Of a stretch of 58,106 nucleotides of DNA, positions 7,011 through 16,557 are shown piece by piece; the stretch's first letter is position 1, and each line of letters starts with the position of its first letter. The stretch comes from Humidesulfovibrio sp. (GTDB lineage Bacteria > Desulfobacterota > Desulfovibrionia > Desulfovibrionales > Desulfovibrionaceae), in the NCBI RefSeq assembly GCF_035560995.1, contig NZ_DATMYK010000186.1, positions 1-58,106 on the forward strand, in the 5' to 3' direction. Below the pieces are notes generated by a model, which saw only the letters and a list, made by a program, of their open reading frames with translations, was not told the origin of the DNA and did not search any database. Position numbers and translations under genes: made by a program.

Positions 7011-7346
7011 CCGAGGGCGATCATTCTGCCTCGCTGCTCCGAAGCCTCCAGAAGGCCAAATTTGCACGCTTCACAGGATCGGCATTCACGCAAGGGGGAG
7101 GGGAGACGTCGGGTTGCAGTTATGTCTCCCTTTGTTCTCCTCCCTCCCCCTAGGCGAAGCCAACGCACCGCTACTCCATCCGCTCTTTACCCCTCTGCCC
7201 CGAATCCAGGCAGCCCCCTGACGGCAGACACACTCCCCTCTAGCCAGAGCACTCGCCTTTCTGTAACGTATCGACAACCCGGAGAGATGTGCGCCACGGA
7301 CACCCTGCGGGTCGTAAATCGTTCAGCACGAGGAAGCCCCCATCCC

Positions 7347-9182
7347 ATGAATCAGCCCGCCCTTTCCGCCTTCATCTGGTCCGTTGCCGACCTCCTGCGC
7401 GGTGACTACAAGCAGTCCGAGTATGGCAGGGTCATCCTGCCCTTCACCGTACTCCGCCGTCTGGACTGCGTCCTGGAGAAGACCAAGCCCGCCGTACTTG
7501 CAGAGTACGAAGCCAAGACGGCGGCTGGCGTGAACCCTGGCCCCTACCTGCTCCGCAAATCCGGCCAGCATTTCTTCAACACCTCCCCAATGGACATGGT
7601 CAAGCTCCTGGGCGCGCCGGACGACATCCGCGAGAATCTGACCAAGTACGTGCAGTCCTTCTCGCCCGAGGTGGAGGACATCTTCGAGCGCTTCGACTTC
7701 TTCAGCCAGATTGACCGGCTTGCAAAATGTCACCTCCTCTACCTTGTGGCCGAGCGCTTCGCGCAGATAGACTTGCACCCGACTGAAGTGAGCAACGCTC
7801 AAATGGGCTTGGTGTTCGAAGAACTCATCCGCAAATTTGCGGAAGCATCCAATGAGACCGCTGGGGAGCACTTCACCCCGCGCGAGGTCATCCGCCTCAT
7901 GGTCTCGCTGCTGTTTGTGGAGGACGAAGAGGAATTGACGGGCACCAGCGCGGTGCGCACCATCTACGACCCCACGGCGGGCACGGGCGGTATGCTCTCC
8001 GTTGCCGGGGAGTACCTGGCCGAGCGCAACCCCAAGGCCCGGCTCACCATGCACGGCCAGGAACTCAACGACGAGTCCTACGCCATCTGCAAGGCGGACA
8101 TGCTCATCAAGGGCCAGGACGTTGCCAACATCGTGCCCGGCAACACCCTCTCCGACGACGGCCACCCGCACAAGACCTTCGACTATATGCTCTCCAACCC
8201 GCCCTTTGGCGTGGAGTGGAAGAAGATCGAGCGCGAGGTCCGCAAAGAGCACGAACAGCATGGCTACGACGGGCGCTTCGGGCCGGGCCTGCCGCGCGTC
8301 TCTGACGGCTCTCTTCTCTTTCTCCTGCACCTCTGTAGCAAGATGCGCCACGTGAATCAGGGCGGCTGCCGCTTTGGAATCGTGCTCAATGGCTCGCCGC
8401 TGTTCACTGGCGGCGCGGGCAGCGGAGAGAGCGAAATACGCCGCTATGTTCTGGAAAATGATCTTGTGGAAGCCATCATCGGCCTGCCCACGGACATGTT
8501 CTACAACACCGGCATCTCCACCTACGTTTGGATTCTCTCCAACCGCAAGCCCGTCCAGCGCAAAGGCAAGGTCCAGCTCATCGACGCCAGCAGCTTCTGG
8601 CAGAAGATGCGCAAGAGTCTGGGCAGCAAGCGCAAGGAGCTTTCCGACCAGCATATCGCGGACATTACCCGGCTGTTCCGCGACTTCACCGAGGCCAAGC
8701 TCGCCACCGCGCTAGACGAAGGTGGCAAGGAAGTGGCCCGGCACATCCTCCTGCCCGGAGATGCCGCTCCCGAGGCCCCGGCAGGCGGCAAGGTGAAACT
8801 CGCGCCCCTCTCGCGCATCTTCAAGACCCAGGATTTCGGCTACCGCGCCATCACAGTGGAGCGCCCCCTACGCGACGAGGCGGGCAAGATCGTGCTGGGC
8901 CAGAAGGGCAAGCTTAAGGGCAAGCCGCAGCCAGACAGCAGCCTGCGCGACACCGAAAACGTGCCCCTGGCCGAGGACGTGGCCACGTACTTCAAGCGCG
9001 AGGTACTACCCCATGCGCCGGATGCCTGGATTGACCATGACAAGACCAAAACGGGCTACGAGATTCCCTTCAACCGGCACTTCTACGTGTTCGAGCCGCC
9101 GCGTCCGTTGGCCGAGATCGACGCGGACTTGCTGGTGGTCACGGACCGCATTCTGGCCATGATCGAGGGGCTTCAGGCATGA
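7347..9182 (+). CDS. hsdM: Type I R-M N6-adenine methyltransferase subunit
   Basis: Start [19 protein letters not shown]; [10 protein letters not shown], motif [11 protein letters not shown], motif IV NPPF. Confidence 0.97.
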   Translation: MNQPALSAFIWSVADLLRGDYKQSEYGRVILPFTVLRRLDCVLEKTKPAVLAEYEAKTAAGVNPGPYLLRKSGQHFFNTSPMDMVKLLGAPDDIRENLTKYVQSFSPEVEDIFERFDFFSQIDRLAKCHLLYLVAERFAQIDLHPTEVSNAQMGLVFEELIRKFAEASNETAGEHFTPREVIRLMVSLLFVEDEEELTGTSAVRTIYDPTAGTGGMLSVAGEYLAERNPKARLTMHGQELNDESYAICKADMLIKGQDVANIVPGNTLSDDGHPHKTFDYMLSNPPFGVEWKKIEREVRKEHEQHGYDGRFGPGLPRVSDGSLLFLLHLCSKMRHVNQGGCRFGIVLNGSPLFTGGAGSGESEIRRYVLENDLVEAIIGLPTDMFYNTGISTYVWILSNRKPVQRKGKVQLIDASSFWQKMRKSLGSKRKELSDQHIADITRLFRDFTEAKLATALDEGGKEVARHILLPGDAAPEAPAGGKVKLAPLSRIFKTQDFGYRAITVERPLRDEAGKIVLGQKGKLKGKPQPDSSLRDTENVPLAEDVATYFKREVLPHAPDAWIDHDKTKTGYEIPFNRHFYVFEPPRPLAEIDADLLVVTDRILAMIEGLQA

Positions 9183-10501
9183 GCTTCCCGCGCTACGAGA
9201 AGTACAAGGACTCCGGGGTGGAGTGGCTGGGCGAGGTGCCGGAGCATTGGGGGCTTCAGCCACTCTGGACGCATTTTCGTCGCATCAAGCGGGTTGGATT
9301 TTCTGAAGAGGAATTACTCTCCGTATATCGCGATTATGGTGTTATCCCAAAATCAAGTCGTGACGACAATTTTAACAACCCCTCTGATGATCTCGGCACA
9401 TACCAGCTTGTCGAGCCAGGGGATCTTGTTCTCAACAAGATGAAGGCGTGGCAAGGGTCTGTAGCCATCTCAGAGTACCGGGGAATAGTGAGTCCCGCGT
9501 ATTTTGTGTATGCGGCCACCCATTCAGCGAATGGGCGCTTCCTGCACTACCTAATGCGCTCCTTGCGCTATATTTCTGGCTACCTGTCGCTGTCTAAGGG
9601 CATACGAGTGAACCAGTGGGACATTGACCCACAGTACCACTCCCGAATGCCGATAGTCTTGCCCTCACTCCCAGAGCAGCAAACCATCGCGGCGTTCCTC
9701 GACCGCGAAACCGCCAAGATCGACGCCCTTGTGGCCGAGCAGCAGCGGCTCATCACTCTGCTGGCGGAAAAGCGCCAGGCCATCATCTCCCACGCCGTCA
9801 CCAAGGGTTTGAACCCCAACGCGCCCATGAAGGACTCGGGCATCGAGTGGCTGGGCGAGGTGCCGGAGCATTGGGAGGTGGTGCCCGTAAAATGGCTCAC
9901 CACTCACATCACTTCTGGGCCACGAGGCTGGTCTGATCTCACTGGTGACGAAGGCGCAGCATTTTTCCAAAGCCAGCACATCGGCTCTGCGATGGATGTC
10001 GCCCTTATTGATCCCAAGCGGCTTATTCCGCCAACCGACACAGATTCTGAACGAGCGAGACTGCAAGCCGATGATGTTGTACTCTGCATAACGGGCGGAA
10101 GAACCGGCGCAGTAGCCCATATTCCAGAACAGCTTGAGGAGGCATACATTAACCAGCATGTATGCCTTCTCCGGCCGCAAGAGGATGTGCTTGGACGTTT
10201 TCTGGCTTACGGGCTTTTCTCAACAGGAGCACAGCGGCAGTTGGCGTGTGCCAGCTACGGCCTAAAGCAAGGGTTGGGCCTTGAGCAAGTGAACTCGACA
10301 TTTCTTGCAGCACCCCCTTCCAAACAAGAACAACGTGACCTAGTCATGTTCCTGGACAAGCAAACCGCCCACCTCGACACCCTCACTCAAGAGGCCAATC
10401 GCGCCGTCGAACTGCTCAAGGAACGCCGCGCTGCGCTCATCTCCGCCGCAGTGACGGGCAAGATTGACGTGAGAGGACTTGCAGACAAGGAGGCCACATG
10501 A
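9179..10501 (+). CDS. hsdS: Type I R-M specificity subunit
   Basis: Two TRDs, each preceded by KDSG(V/I)[10 protein letters not shown]; coiled-coil conserved regions; [13 protein letters not shown] tail; ATGA overlap with hsdM. Confidence 0.96.
   Translation: MSFPRYEKYKDSGVEWLGEVPEHWGLQPLWTHFRRIKRVGFSEEELLSVYRDYGVIPKSSRDDNFNNPSDDLGTYQLVEPGDLVLNKMKAWQGSVAISEYRGIVSPAYFVYAATHSANGRFLHYLMRSLRYISGYLSLSKGIRVNQWDIDPQYHSRMPIVLPSLPEQQTIAAFLDRETAKIDALVAEQQRLITLLAEKRQAIISHAVTKGLNPNAPMKDSGIEWLGEVPEHWEVVPVKWLTTHITSGPRGWSDLTGDEGAAFFQSQHIGSAMDVALIDPKRLIPPTDTDSERARLQADDVVLCITGGRTGAVAHIPEQLEEAYINQHVCLLRPQEDVLGRFLAYGLFSTGAQRQLACASYGLKQGLGLEQVNSTFLAAPPSKQEQRDLVMFLDKQTAHLDTLTQEANRAVELLKERRAALISAAVTGKIDVRGLADKEAT
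9221..9875 (+). repeat. 31-bp perfect direct repeat pair in hsdS (9221-9251, 9845-9875)
   Basis: GAGTGGCTGGGCGAGGTGCCGGAGCATTGGG occurs twice, 624 bp apart (in frame). Confidence 0.9.
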
Positions 10502-11403
10502 GCGACATCAAACTGTTCCGCACTGGGCCGCAAGGCGTGGCAGAACTCAAAGGTCAGTCCCTGGCCCTGGAACGGTCGCTTCAGGCGCTCATGGAAAAGA
10601 ACCTGGAGACACTGCTCGGCGTGCGGTTCCTGGCCTCGGAGTACTCCACCGGAGCCAAGCACAAGGGGCGCATCGACACCCTCGGCATCGACGAGAACCG
10701 CTGCCCGGTCATCATCGAATACAAGCGCACCACAAACGAGAATGTCATCAGCCAGGGCCTGTTCTACCTGGACTGGCTCATGGACCATCAGGCCGAATTC
10801 AAGCTGCTCGTGCTCGACAAGTTGGGCAAGAAAGAAGCGGACGGCATTGAATGGTCTGGCCCGCGCCTGTTGTGCATCGCCGGGGACTTCACCCGCTATG
10901 ATGAGCACGCCGTGCGGCAGATGAACCGCAACATCGAGCTGATCCGCTACCGCCATTTCCCGGATGGCTTCCTCATTCTGGAGCGGGTAAATTCGGTAAG
11001 CGCCGAGACCATCCCAGTGGGACCGAAAGAAATCACCGCGAAGCACTACAAGAGCGTTTCAGAGCACCTTGCCCAGGCCCCTGAGGCGCTGAAGGAACTC
11101 TATCATGCCTTAGAGGATACCCTCCAAGGCCTGGGCGACGATGTCGAGAAGAAGGTCGTCAAGTGCTACATCGCGTTCAAACGCATCAAGAACTTCGCCT
11201 GTGTGGAAGTCCGCGTGAAAGAGCAGCGTCTGCTCGTCTACGTAAAATGCCCGGCGACGCCGGAGAATCTTATTGAAGGATTCACCCGTGACCTGAGCAA
11301 TATCGGTCACTTTGGCACGGGAGACTTCGAGATCACTATCCGCAACCGAGACGACCTGTCGCGGGCGCAGCGGTTCTTTGAGTTGAGCTACCAGGAGAAT
11401 TAG
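10498..11403 (+). CDS. NucS/EndoMS-like PD-(D/E)xK nuclease fused to DUF5655-like domain
   Basis: GRIDTLGIDENRCPVIIEYKR and Q...Y motif; C-terminal YIAFKRIKNFACV...GHFGTGDFEI; ATGA overlap with hsdS. Confidence 0.8.
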   Translation: MSDIKLFRTGPQGVAELKGQSLALERSLQALMEKNLETLLGVRFLASEYSTGAKHKGRIDTLGIDENRCPVIIEYKRTTNENVISQGLFYLDWLMDHQAEFKLLVLDKLGKKEADGIEWSGPRLLCIAGDFTRYDEHAVRQMNRNIELIRYRHFPDGFLILERVNSVSAETIPVGPKEITAKHYKSVSEHLAQAPEALKELYHALEDTLQGLGDDVEKKVVKCYIAFKRIKNFACVEVRVKEQRLLVYVKCPATPENLIEGFTRDLSNIGHFGTGDFEITIRNRDDLSRAQRFFELSYQEN

Positions 11404-11442
11404 GACTAGCTGATTATCTGGCGGAATTTGGGGGGATGAAGC

Positions 11443-11931
11443 ATGGCAAACGTCAATCCAGATCGGATCATGCAAGAGTTTGCAGCCAGAACTCGGAAGA
11501 ATATTCTCCACATAAAAACGGGGAAAGAACGCTTCAGGCATGATGTATTCGAGGTCACTGAGGTGTTCAATTCATTATTAAGCTTGATCGTGCTTCCTGA
11601 AGCCCTTAAACTTGATCCCCCACTTAATACAGCCCTTGAAAGACTTTCAAGAGATCGTTGGCCGGAAGCAATCATCAACCTTTCTCCTCCTTTCCCCAGC
11701 TTGGGCGTCTTTCTCTATTGCATGAGGCACTCGATAGCCCATGGAGATTTCGCCTTTCGACCTGGGAGGGACGGGGAGATTGCGTCTGTCGAATTCGGCG
11801 GTTCATGTCGGCTACCACGGAATCCTACTGAATGGCTGCTGGAACTCACTGTCGACGATCTATTCATGTTTGTGTTTGCACTATGCGACATGTGGGTAAA
11901 TTTCTGCGAAAACACAACGTTTAAGCGATAG
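11443..11931 (+). CDS. HEPN-domain protein (pEK499_p136-like), putative RNase toxin
   Basis: Rx4H motif RHSIAH; upstream EVTEVFNSLLSLIVLPE helix; more AT-rich than neighbouring hsd genes. Confidence 0.75.
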   Translation: MANVNPDRIMQEFAARTRKNILHIKTGKERFRHDVFEVTEVFNSLLSLIVLPEALKLDPPLNTALERLSRDRWPEAIINLSPPFPSLGVFLYCMRHSIAHGDFAFRPGRDGEIASVEFGGSCRLPRNPTEWLLELTVDDLFMFVFALCDMWVNFCENTTFKR

Positions 11932-11960
11932 TCCACTCGTTTGCTGGCGCAAGGATAATA

Positions 11961-14900
11961 ATGAGCACCCTCCACAAAGAAATCCACCTCGAAGCGGAAA
12001 TCTGCGACCACTTAGCAGTGCACGGCTGGCTGTACGCCGAGGACGACGCCAAGGCCTACGACCGAGGGCTCGCCCTGTTTCCAACGGATGTGATCTCCTG
12101 GGTGCAGGAGACACAGCCCAAGGCCTGGGAGGCGCTGGTCAAGAATCATGGCGCAAGCGCCGGGGCGGCCCTTTCACAGCGTATCCGGCAGGTGTTGGAC
12201 CAGAGGGGCACCCTGGAGGTGCTACGCCACGGAGTGGACATGGTCGGGCTTAAGCAGACCCTCCCCCTGGCGCAGTTCCGGCCTGCCCTGGCCATGAACC
12301 CAGATGCACTGGCCCGCTACGCTGCGAACCGCCTGCGCGTGGTGCGGCAGGTGCGTTACTCTCTGCAAAATGAAAACGCCTTCGACCTTGTGCTCTTTCT
12401 GAACGGCATCCCCGTGGCTACGGCGGAACTCAAGAGTGACTTCACGCAGTCCGTGCAGGACGCGGTGGACCAGTACCGCTTTGACCGCGACCCACAGCCC
12501 AAGGGCAAGCCTGCCGAGCCGTTGCTCGCCTTCCCCAGCGGTGCGCTCGTGCATTTCGCAGTGAGCAACAGCGAAGTGCGCATGACAACGAGGCTCAAAG
12601 GGGTCAAGACCCGCTTCCTGCCCTTCAACAAGGGACGGGACGGTGGCGCGGGCAACCCGCCCAACCCCAAAGGACACACCACGGCCTACCTCTGGGAAGA
12701 GGTCTGGGAACGTGAAAGCTGGCTGGAGATTCTTGGCCGCTACCTCGTGACCGAGCGTGACAGCAAGAAGCAGATCAAGGCGCTCATATTCCCCCGCTAC
12801 CACCAGCTTGACGCCACGCGGAAGCTCCAGGCAGCGATCTTGAAGGAGTCACTGGGGCAAGACGTCAGCGGCAAGTACCTCATCCAGCATTCGGCAGGCT
12901 CTGGAAAAACCTACTCCATCGCCTGGACGGCCCATTTCCTGGCCGATCTGCACGACGCCTCAGACAAAAAGCTCTTCGACACCGTGCTCGTCGTGTCTGA
13001 CCGAACCGTGCTCGATGAGCAGTTGCAGGAAGCCATCTTCAGCTTCGAGCGCACTACGGGCGTGGTGGCCGCCATCACCAACGAAACCAGCAGCAAGAGC
13101 AAAGCCCTGGCGGATGCGCTCTCCGGCAATAAAAAGATAGTCATCTGCACCATCCAGACATTCCCCTTTGCCCTGGAAACCGTGCAGAAGCTGGCCGCGA
13201 CCCAAGGCAAGCGTTTCGCCGTCATCGCCGACGAGGCCCATTCCTCCCAAACCGGTGATGCCGCAGCAAAGCTTAAGGCCGTGCTCAACGCGGACGAACT
13301 GGCGGAGCTTGAGGACGGCGGCGAGGTCTCCACCGAAGATGTCTTGGCCGCTGAGATGGCCGCGCGGGCAGCCAAAAAAGGCATCACCTACGTGGCCTTC
13401 ACGGCAACGCCCAAGCACAAGACACTGGAACTTTTCGGCCAGCGCCCGCACCCCGATCAACCGGTTGGGCCGGGCAATCTACCTGAGCCGTTCCATGTCT
13501 ACTCCATGCGCCAGGCCATCGAAGAAGGCTTCATCCTCGACGTGCTCAGAAACTACACGCCGTTCAAGACCGCCTTCCGGCTGGCCTACAAGGGTGAGGA
13601 GTATGACGAGACGCAGGTCGAGCGCAGCGAGGCCCTCAAAGGCATTCTGCGCTGGGTGCAGCTGCACCCCTACAACATAAGCCAGAAGGTCCAGATGGTG
13701 GTGGAGCACTTCCTGAAAACCGTACAGCCTCTTCTGGGGGGCCGTGGCAAAGCTATGGCCGTGGTCAGCAGCCGCCTGGAAGCCGTGCGCTGGAAGATCG
13801 CCATGGACTCCTACATCAAGAGCCAGGGCTACAAGCTCGGCACGCTTGTAGCCTTCTCTGGTGAAGTGAATGACAAGGACTCCGGGCCGGAGCCGTTCTC
13901 CGAACACAGCAAAACGCTCAATCCAATGCTGAAGGGCAGAGACATCCGCAAAGCCTTCGCCACGGACGAATTTTCCATCATGGTCGCGGCCAATAAATTC
14001 CAAACCGGCTTTGACCAACCCCTGCTGTGCGGCATGTACGTGGACAAGCGCCTTGCCAACATCCAGGCCGTTCAGACGCTTTCCCGCCTCAACCGCGCCT
14101 ATCCCGGCAAGGACAATGTCTACGTGCTGGACTTCCGCAATGAACCCGCCGAGGTGCTGGCCGCTTTCAAAACCTACCACACCACAGCGGAGCTTGAGGA
14201 TGTCACCGACCCGAACTTGGTCCTCAACCTTCGGGCCAAGCTCGATGCTTCCGGCCATTATGACACCCCGGAAGTGGAGAGAGTGGTCACCGTTGAACTC
14301 AACCCGAAGGCCAAGCAGGGCGATCTGACAGCCGCAATCACCCCCGTGGCCGACCGTTTGCTGAAGCGCTTCAAGGCCGCAAAGGAGGCCCTGACGGCGG
14401 CCCAGGCCGTAAAAGATGACACTGCCGCAGGCGAAGCCCGCGACACCATGAATGCGCTCACCCTCTTCAAGCGCGACCTCATGAGCTACCTGCGCATGTA
14501 TGCGTTTCTCTCGCAAATTTTCGATTACGGCGACACGGACGTGGAGAAGAAGGCCATCTTTTATAAACGGCTACTGCCCTTGCTGGAATTTGGACGCGAG
14601 CGAGATGGCATCGACCTGAGCAAGGTGGTGCTGACCCACCACAACCTCAAGTCTCATGGGAAAGTCGCTCTTCCGCTGAACGATGGGGAGGCTCCCAAAA
14701 TCAAGCCTATGACCGAATCGGGTGACGGTTCCGTTCAAGAAAAAGAGAAGGCGCTGCTCGCGGAGATCATCGCCAAGGTCAACGACCTCTTTGAAGGCGA
14801 ACTCACGGACGATGACCAGCTTATTTATGTGAACAACGTGCTCAAGGGCAAACTCCTAGAATCCGAGATGCTCGAACAGCAGGCCAAGAGCAACACCAAG

Positions 14901-15095
14901 GAGCAGTTCGCGAACTCCCCCGACTTGGCCAAGGAAATTATGAATGCCATCATGGACGCGCTGGCGGCGCACACAAACATGAGCACCCAGGCGATTAATT
15001 CGGAACGAGTGAGAGCGGGGCTAAAGGACGTGCTTCTTGGGCCTGGCCAGCTGTATGAGTCCTTGCGAGGAAAGAGCGGAGAGGCAAGCACCTGA
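11961..15095 (+). CDS. hsdR: Type I restriction endonuclease subunit R
   Basis: DLVLFLNGIPVATAELK nuclease motif, HSAGSGKT, DEAH, FTATP, TGFD, QTLSRLNR. Confidence 0.97.
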   Translation: MSTLHKEIHLEAEICDHLAVHGWLYAEDDAKAYDRGLALFPTDVISWVQETQPKAWEALVKNHGASAGAALSQRIRQVLDQRGTLEVLRHGVDMVGLKQTLPLAQFRPALAMNPDALARYAANRLRVVRQVRYSLQNENAFDLVLFLNGIPVATAELKSDFTQSVQDAVDQYRFDRDPQPKGKPAEPLLAFPSGALVHFAVSNSEVRMTTRLKGVKTRFLPFNKGRDGGAGNPPNPKGHTTAYLWEEVWERESWLEILGRYLVTERDSKKQIKALIFPRYHQLDATRKLQAAILKESLGQDVSGKYLIQHSAGSGKTYSIAWTAHFLADLHDASDKKLFDTVLVVSDRTVLDEQLQEAIFSFERTTGVVAAITNETSSKSKALADALSGNKKIVICTIQTFPFALETVQKLAATQGKRFAVIADEAHSSQTGDAAAKLKAVLNADELAELEDGGEVSTEDVLAAEMAARAAKKGITYVAFTATPKHKTLELFGQRPHPDQPVGPGNLPEPFHVYSMRQAIEEGFILDVLRNYTPFKTAFRLAYKGEEYDETQVERSEALKGILRWVQLHPYNISQKVQMVVEHFLKTVQPLLGGRGKAMAVVSSRLEAVRWKIAMDSYIKSQGYKLGTLVAFSGEVNDKDSGPEPFSEHSKTLNPMLKGRDIRKAFATDEFSIMVAANKFQTGFDQPLLCGMYVDKRLANIQAVQTLSRLNRAYPGKDNVYVLDFRNEPAEVLAAFKTYHTTAELEDVTDPNLVLNLRAKLDASGHYDTPEVERVVTVELNPKAKQGDLTAAITPVADRLLKRFKAAKEALTAAQAVKDDTAAGEARDTMNALTLFKRDLMSYLRMYAFLSQIFDYGDTDVEKKAIFYKRLLPLLEFGRERDGIDLSKVVLTHHNLKSHGKVALPLNDGEAPKIKPMTESGDGSVQEKEKALLAEIIAKVNDLFEGELTDDDQLIYVNNVLKGKLLESEMLEQQAKSNTKEQFANSPDLAKEIMNAIMDALAAHTNMSTQAINSERVRAGLKDVLLGPGQLYESLRGKSGEAST

Positions 15096-15207
15096 CCTGA
15101 GTGCGACGTACTCCAGGACGAAGGCTATTTCATCTTTCCGTGGCGATCCACAAACGGGAATGTGCTTCCTGGTCGTCCACCTTCGTCCAGCGACAGCCAG
15201 GAAATTG

Positions 15208-15229
15208 TTGGTATCACTTTTGGTATCAC
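15208..15229 (+). repeat. Integrase arm-type site-like direct repeat
   Basis: TTGGTATCAC at 15208-15217 and 15220-15229, about 50 bp inside the att core. Confidence 0.65.
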
Positions 15230-15281
15230 ATCATTTTCCATATCGGCGTTAATCTTTGCAGCTCTTGCGATATCTCGCGCT

Positions 15282-15305
15282 ATTCGACTGACACCCTCTC
15301 CGCCA
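15282..15305 (+). other. Probable attR: duplicated 3' end of a tRNA (Ser-like)
   Basis: ATTCGACTGACACCCTCTCCGCCA matches a typical tRNA-Ser 3' end GTTCGAATCCCACCCTCTCCGCCA at 20/24, ending in discriminator G plus CCA. Confidence 0.75.
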
Positions 15306-16182
15306 CTTGGTAATCCAGCCGAATCCAAATAAGTAAAAAAGGTAAATAAAATTGCTACAACAAGCCCAGAATAGCGTCCAGGGCTGATTTCTTGCGTCCA
15401 TTGACAACATCATGTTCGTTGAATGGCATTAGGCAGCAGTGAGCGGGGTGCCGTTTCAAGCCCAATGACAGCACCGATATAACTGTCGCCCCCGCCGTTA
15501 CAACGCGCCTCGCCGAGCGGAGCAGTACACCCGCTAGCGAAGACTCGTTTCCGCTGTGATCCCAATTCAGGCACCGAATCCACCGCACCTGAGGCACCAA
15601 AACGCTCACCGCCCTTGAGGGACTCCTGAAGGCTTCACTCCGGACCGCCTCGGGGTGAACGTGTCGGGCTCCAGCTGCACGGTAAATGAGGTTGGCGCGT
15701 CTGCCCAAAGCTGATCCTGAAGACCTTGGAGCGCGACACCGGAGGTAGCTCTGGCTTACCCTAGAAGGGGGGCGTCAGCAGGCTCGCCACACCGAGACAG
15801 ACCCCCGTCTTCATCAACCGCTTGAAAAGCCATCCTCCTTACTCCACCGCGCCGATTCAGCTCACCCCGCCCCCCCTTGCGCCAGCCGCCGCATTGAGAG
15901 CCAAGGTACGGTGAAAATCGCGCATCTCGACTTGCTGAAGAGCGGGGAAATATTCCGCTACGCATTGCAAGCGGGAGCTCGATGCACGCCGGACCATACT
16001 CAGCGCCCTGGCAGCAATACCAGAAGGTATAACAGCCTCATCATGGCGGCGCCAAACGCCCGGGCCATGTGTTCCGACCGTCATACTGGGCGACAACGAC
16101 GAGAGTTGCGACAGCAGCTCAGTTTAATATTGACATCTCTACAAGAAGCAATATCACACTCCCAGCGTACGGAGTTGGCTTC

Positions 16183-16557
16183 ATGCAGCACACCATCCTT
16201 ATCCTCGATGACGAGGCGAGAATCTGTGAAACCCTGGTGGACTACCTTGTCGACTGTGGGCACATTGTCTTTGCCTACCAGGATGTAACAGCCGCCATGG
16301 ATGCTTTGGGCGCGCACAACTTCACCACAGCCATCGTCGACATCCGTCTGCCCGACACGGGCGGGTACGCCTTCATCGAGCGGGCCAGCCACATCAGGCC
16401 TGAACTGCGGTACATCATCCATACAGGTTCCCTCGACTTCGCAAACGGCGGCCTGAGACACGGCGAGGACGACCGGATCGAGGCCGTGCTCATCAAGCCC
16501 TTGAATCGGCTGCAAGATTTTTCGGACATTCTGGAACGCATGGGGCGGGCGAGATGA
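16183..16557 (+). CDS. Single-domain response regulator
   Basis: ILILDDE, IVDIRLP (phospho-Asp), HTG, KP; start at ATG 16183. Confidence 0.88.
   Translation: MQHTILILDDEARICETLVDYLVDCGHIVFAYQDVTAAMDALGAHNFTTAIVDIRLPDTGGYAFIERASHIRPELRYIIHTGSLDFANGGLRHGEDDRIEAVLIKPLNRLQDFSDILERMGRAR

Larger units (their letters stand above)
1..15305. mobile_element. Integrated genomic island (right part; left end outside window), probably inserted at a tRNA-Ser 3' end
   Basis: Resolvase, integrase, AlpA, Rep-like helicase and R-M cargo; patchy AT-rich segments; tRNA-like 3' fragment at 15282-15305 preceded by TTGGTATCAC direct repeats; host-type signalling and transport genes follow. Confidence 0.85.

Noticed and set aside
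7062-7346. N-terminal extension of hsdM in the ORF track (likewise the long upstream extensions of tex, cheW, RND, MFP, ybhF, ybhS)
   Set aside because: Family-like sequence and, in most cases, an RBS begin at the downstream starts used here.
15282-15305. Intact tRNA gene
   Set aside because: Only the 3' 24 nt resemble tRNA; I could not form a cloverleaf with the upstream sequence.
15681-15761. c-di-GMP-I riboswitch-like words (GGTAAA, CAAAGC, GGTAGC, TTACC)
   Set aside because: No GAAA-tetraloop stem and poor pairing; an Rfam cmsearch would settle it.
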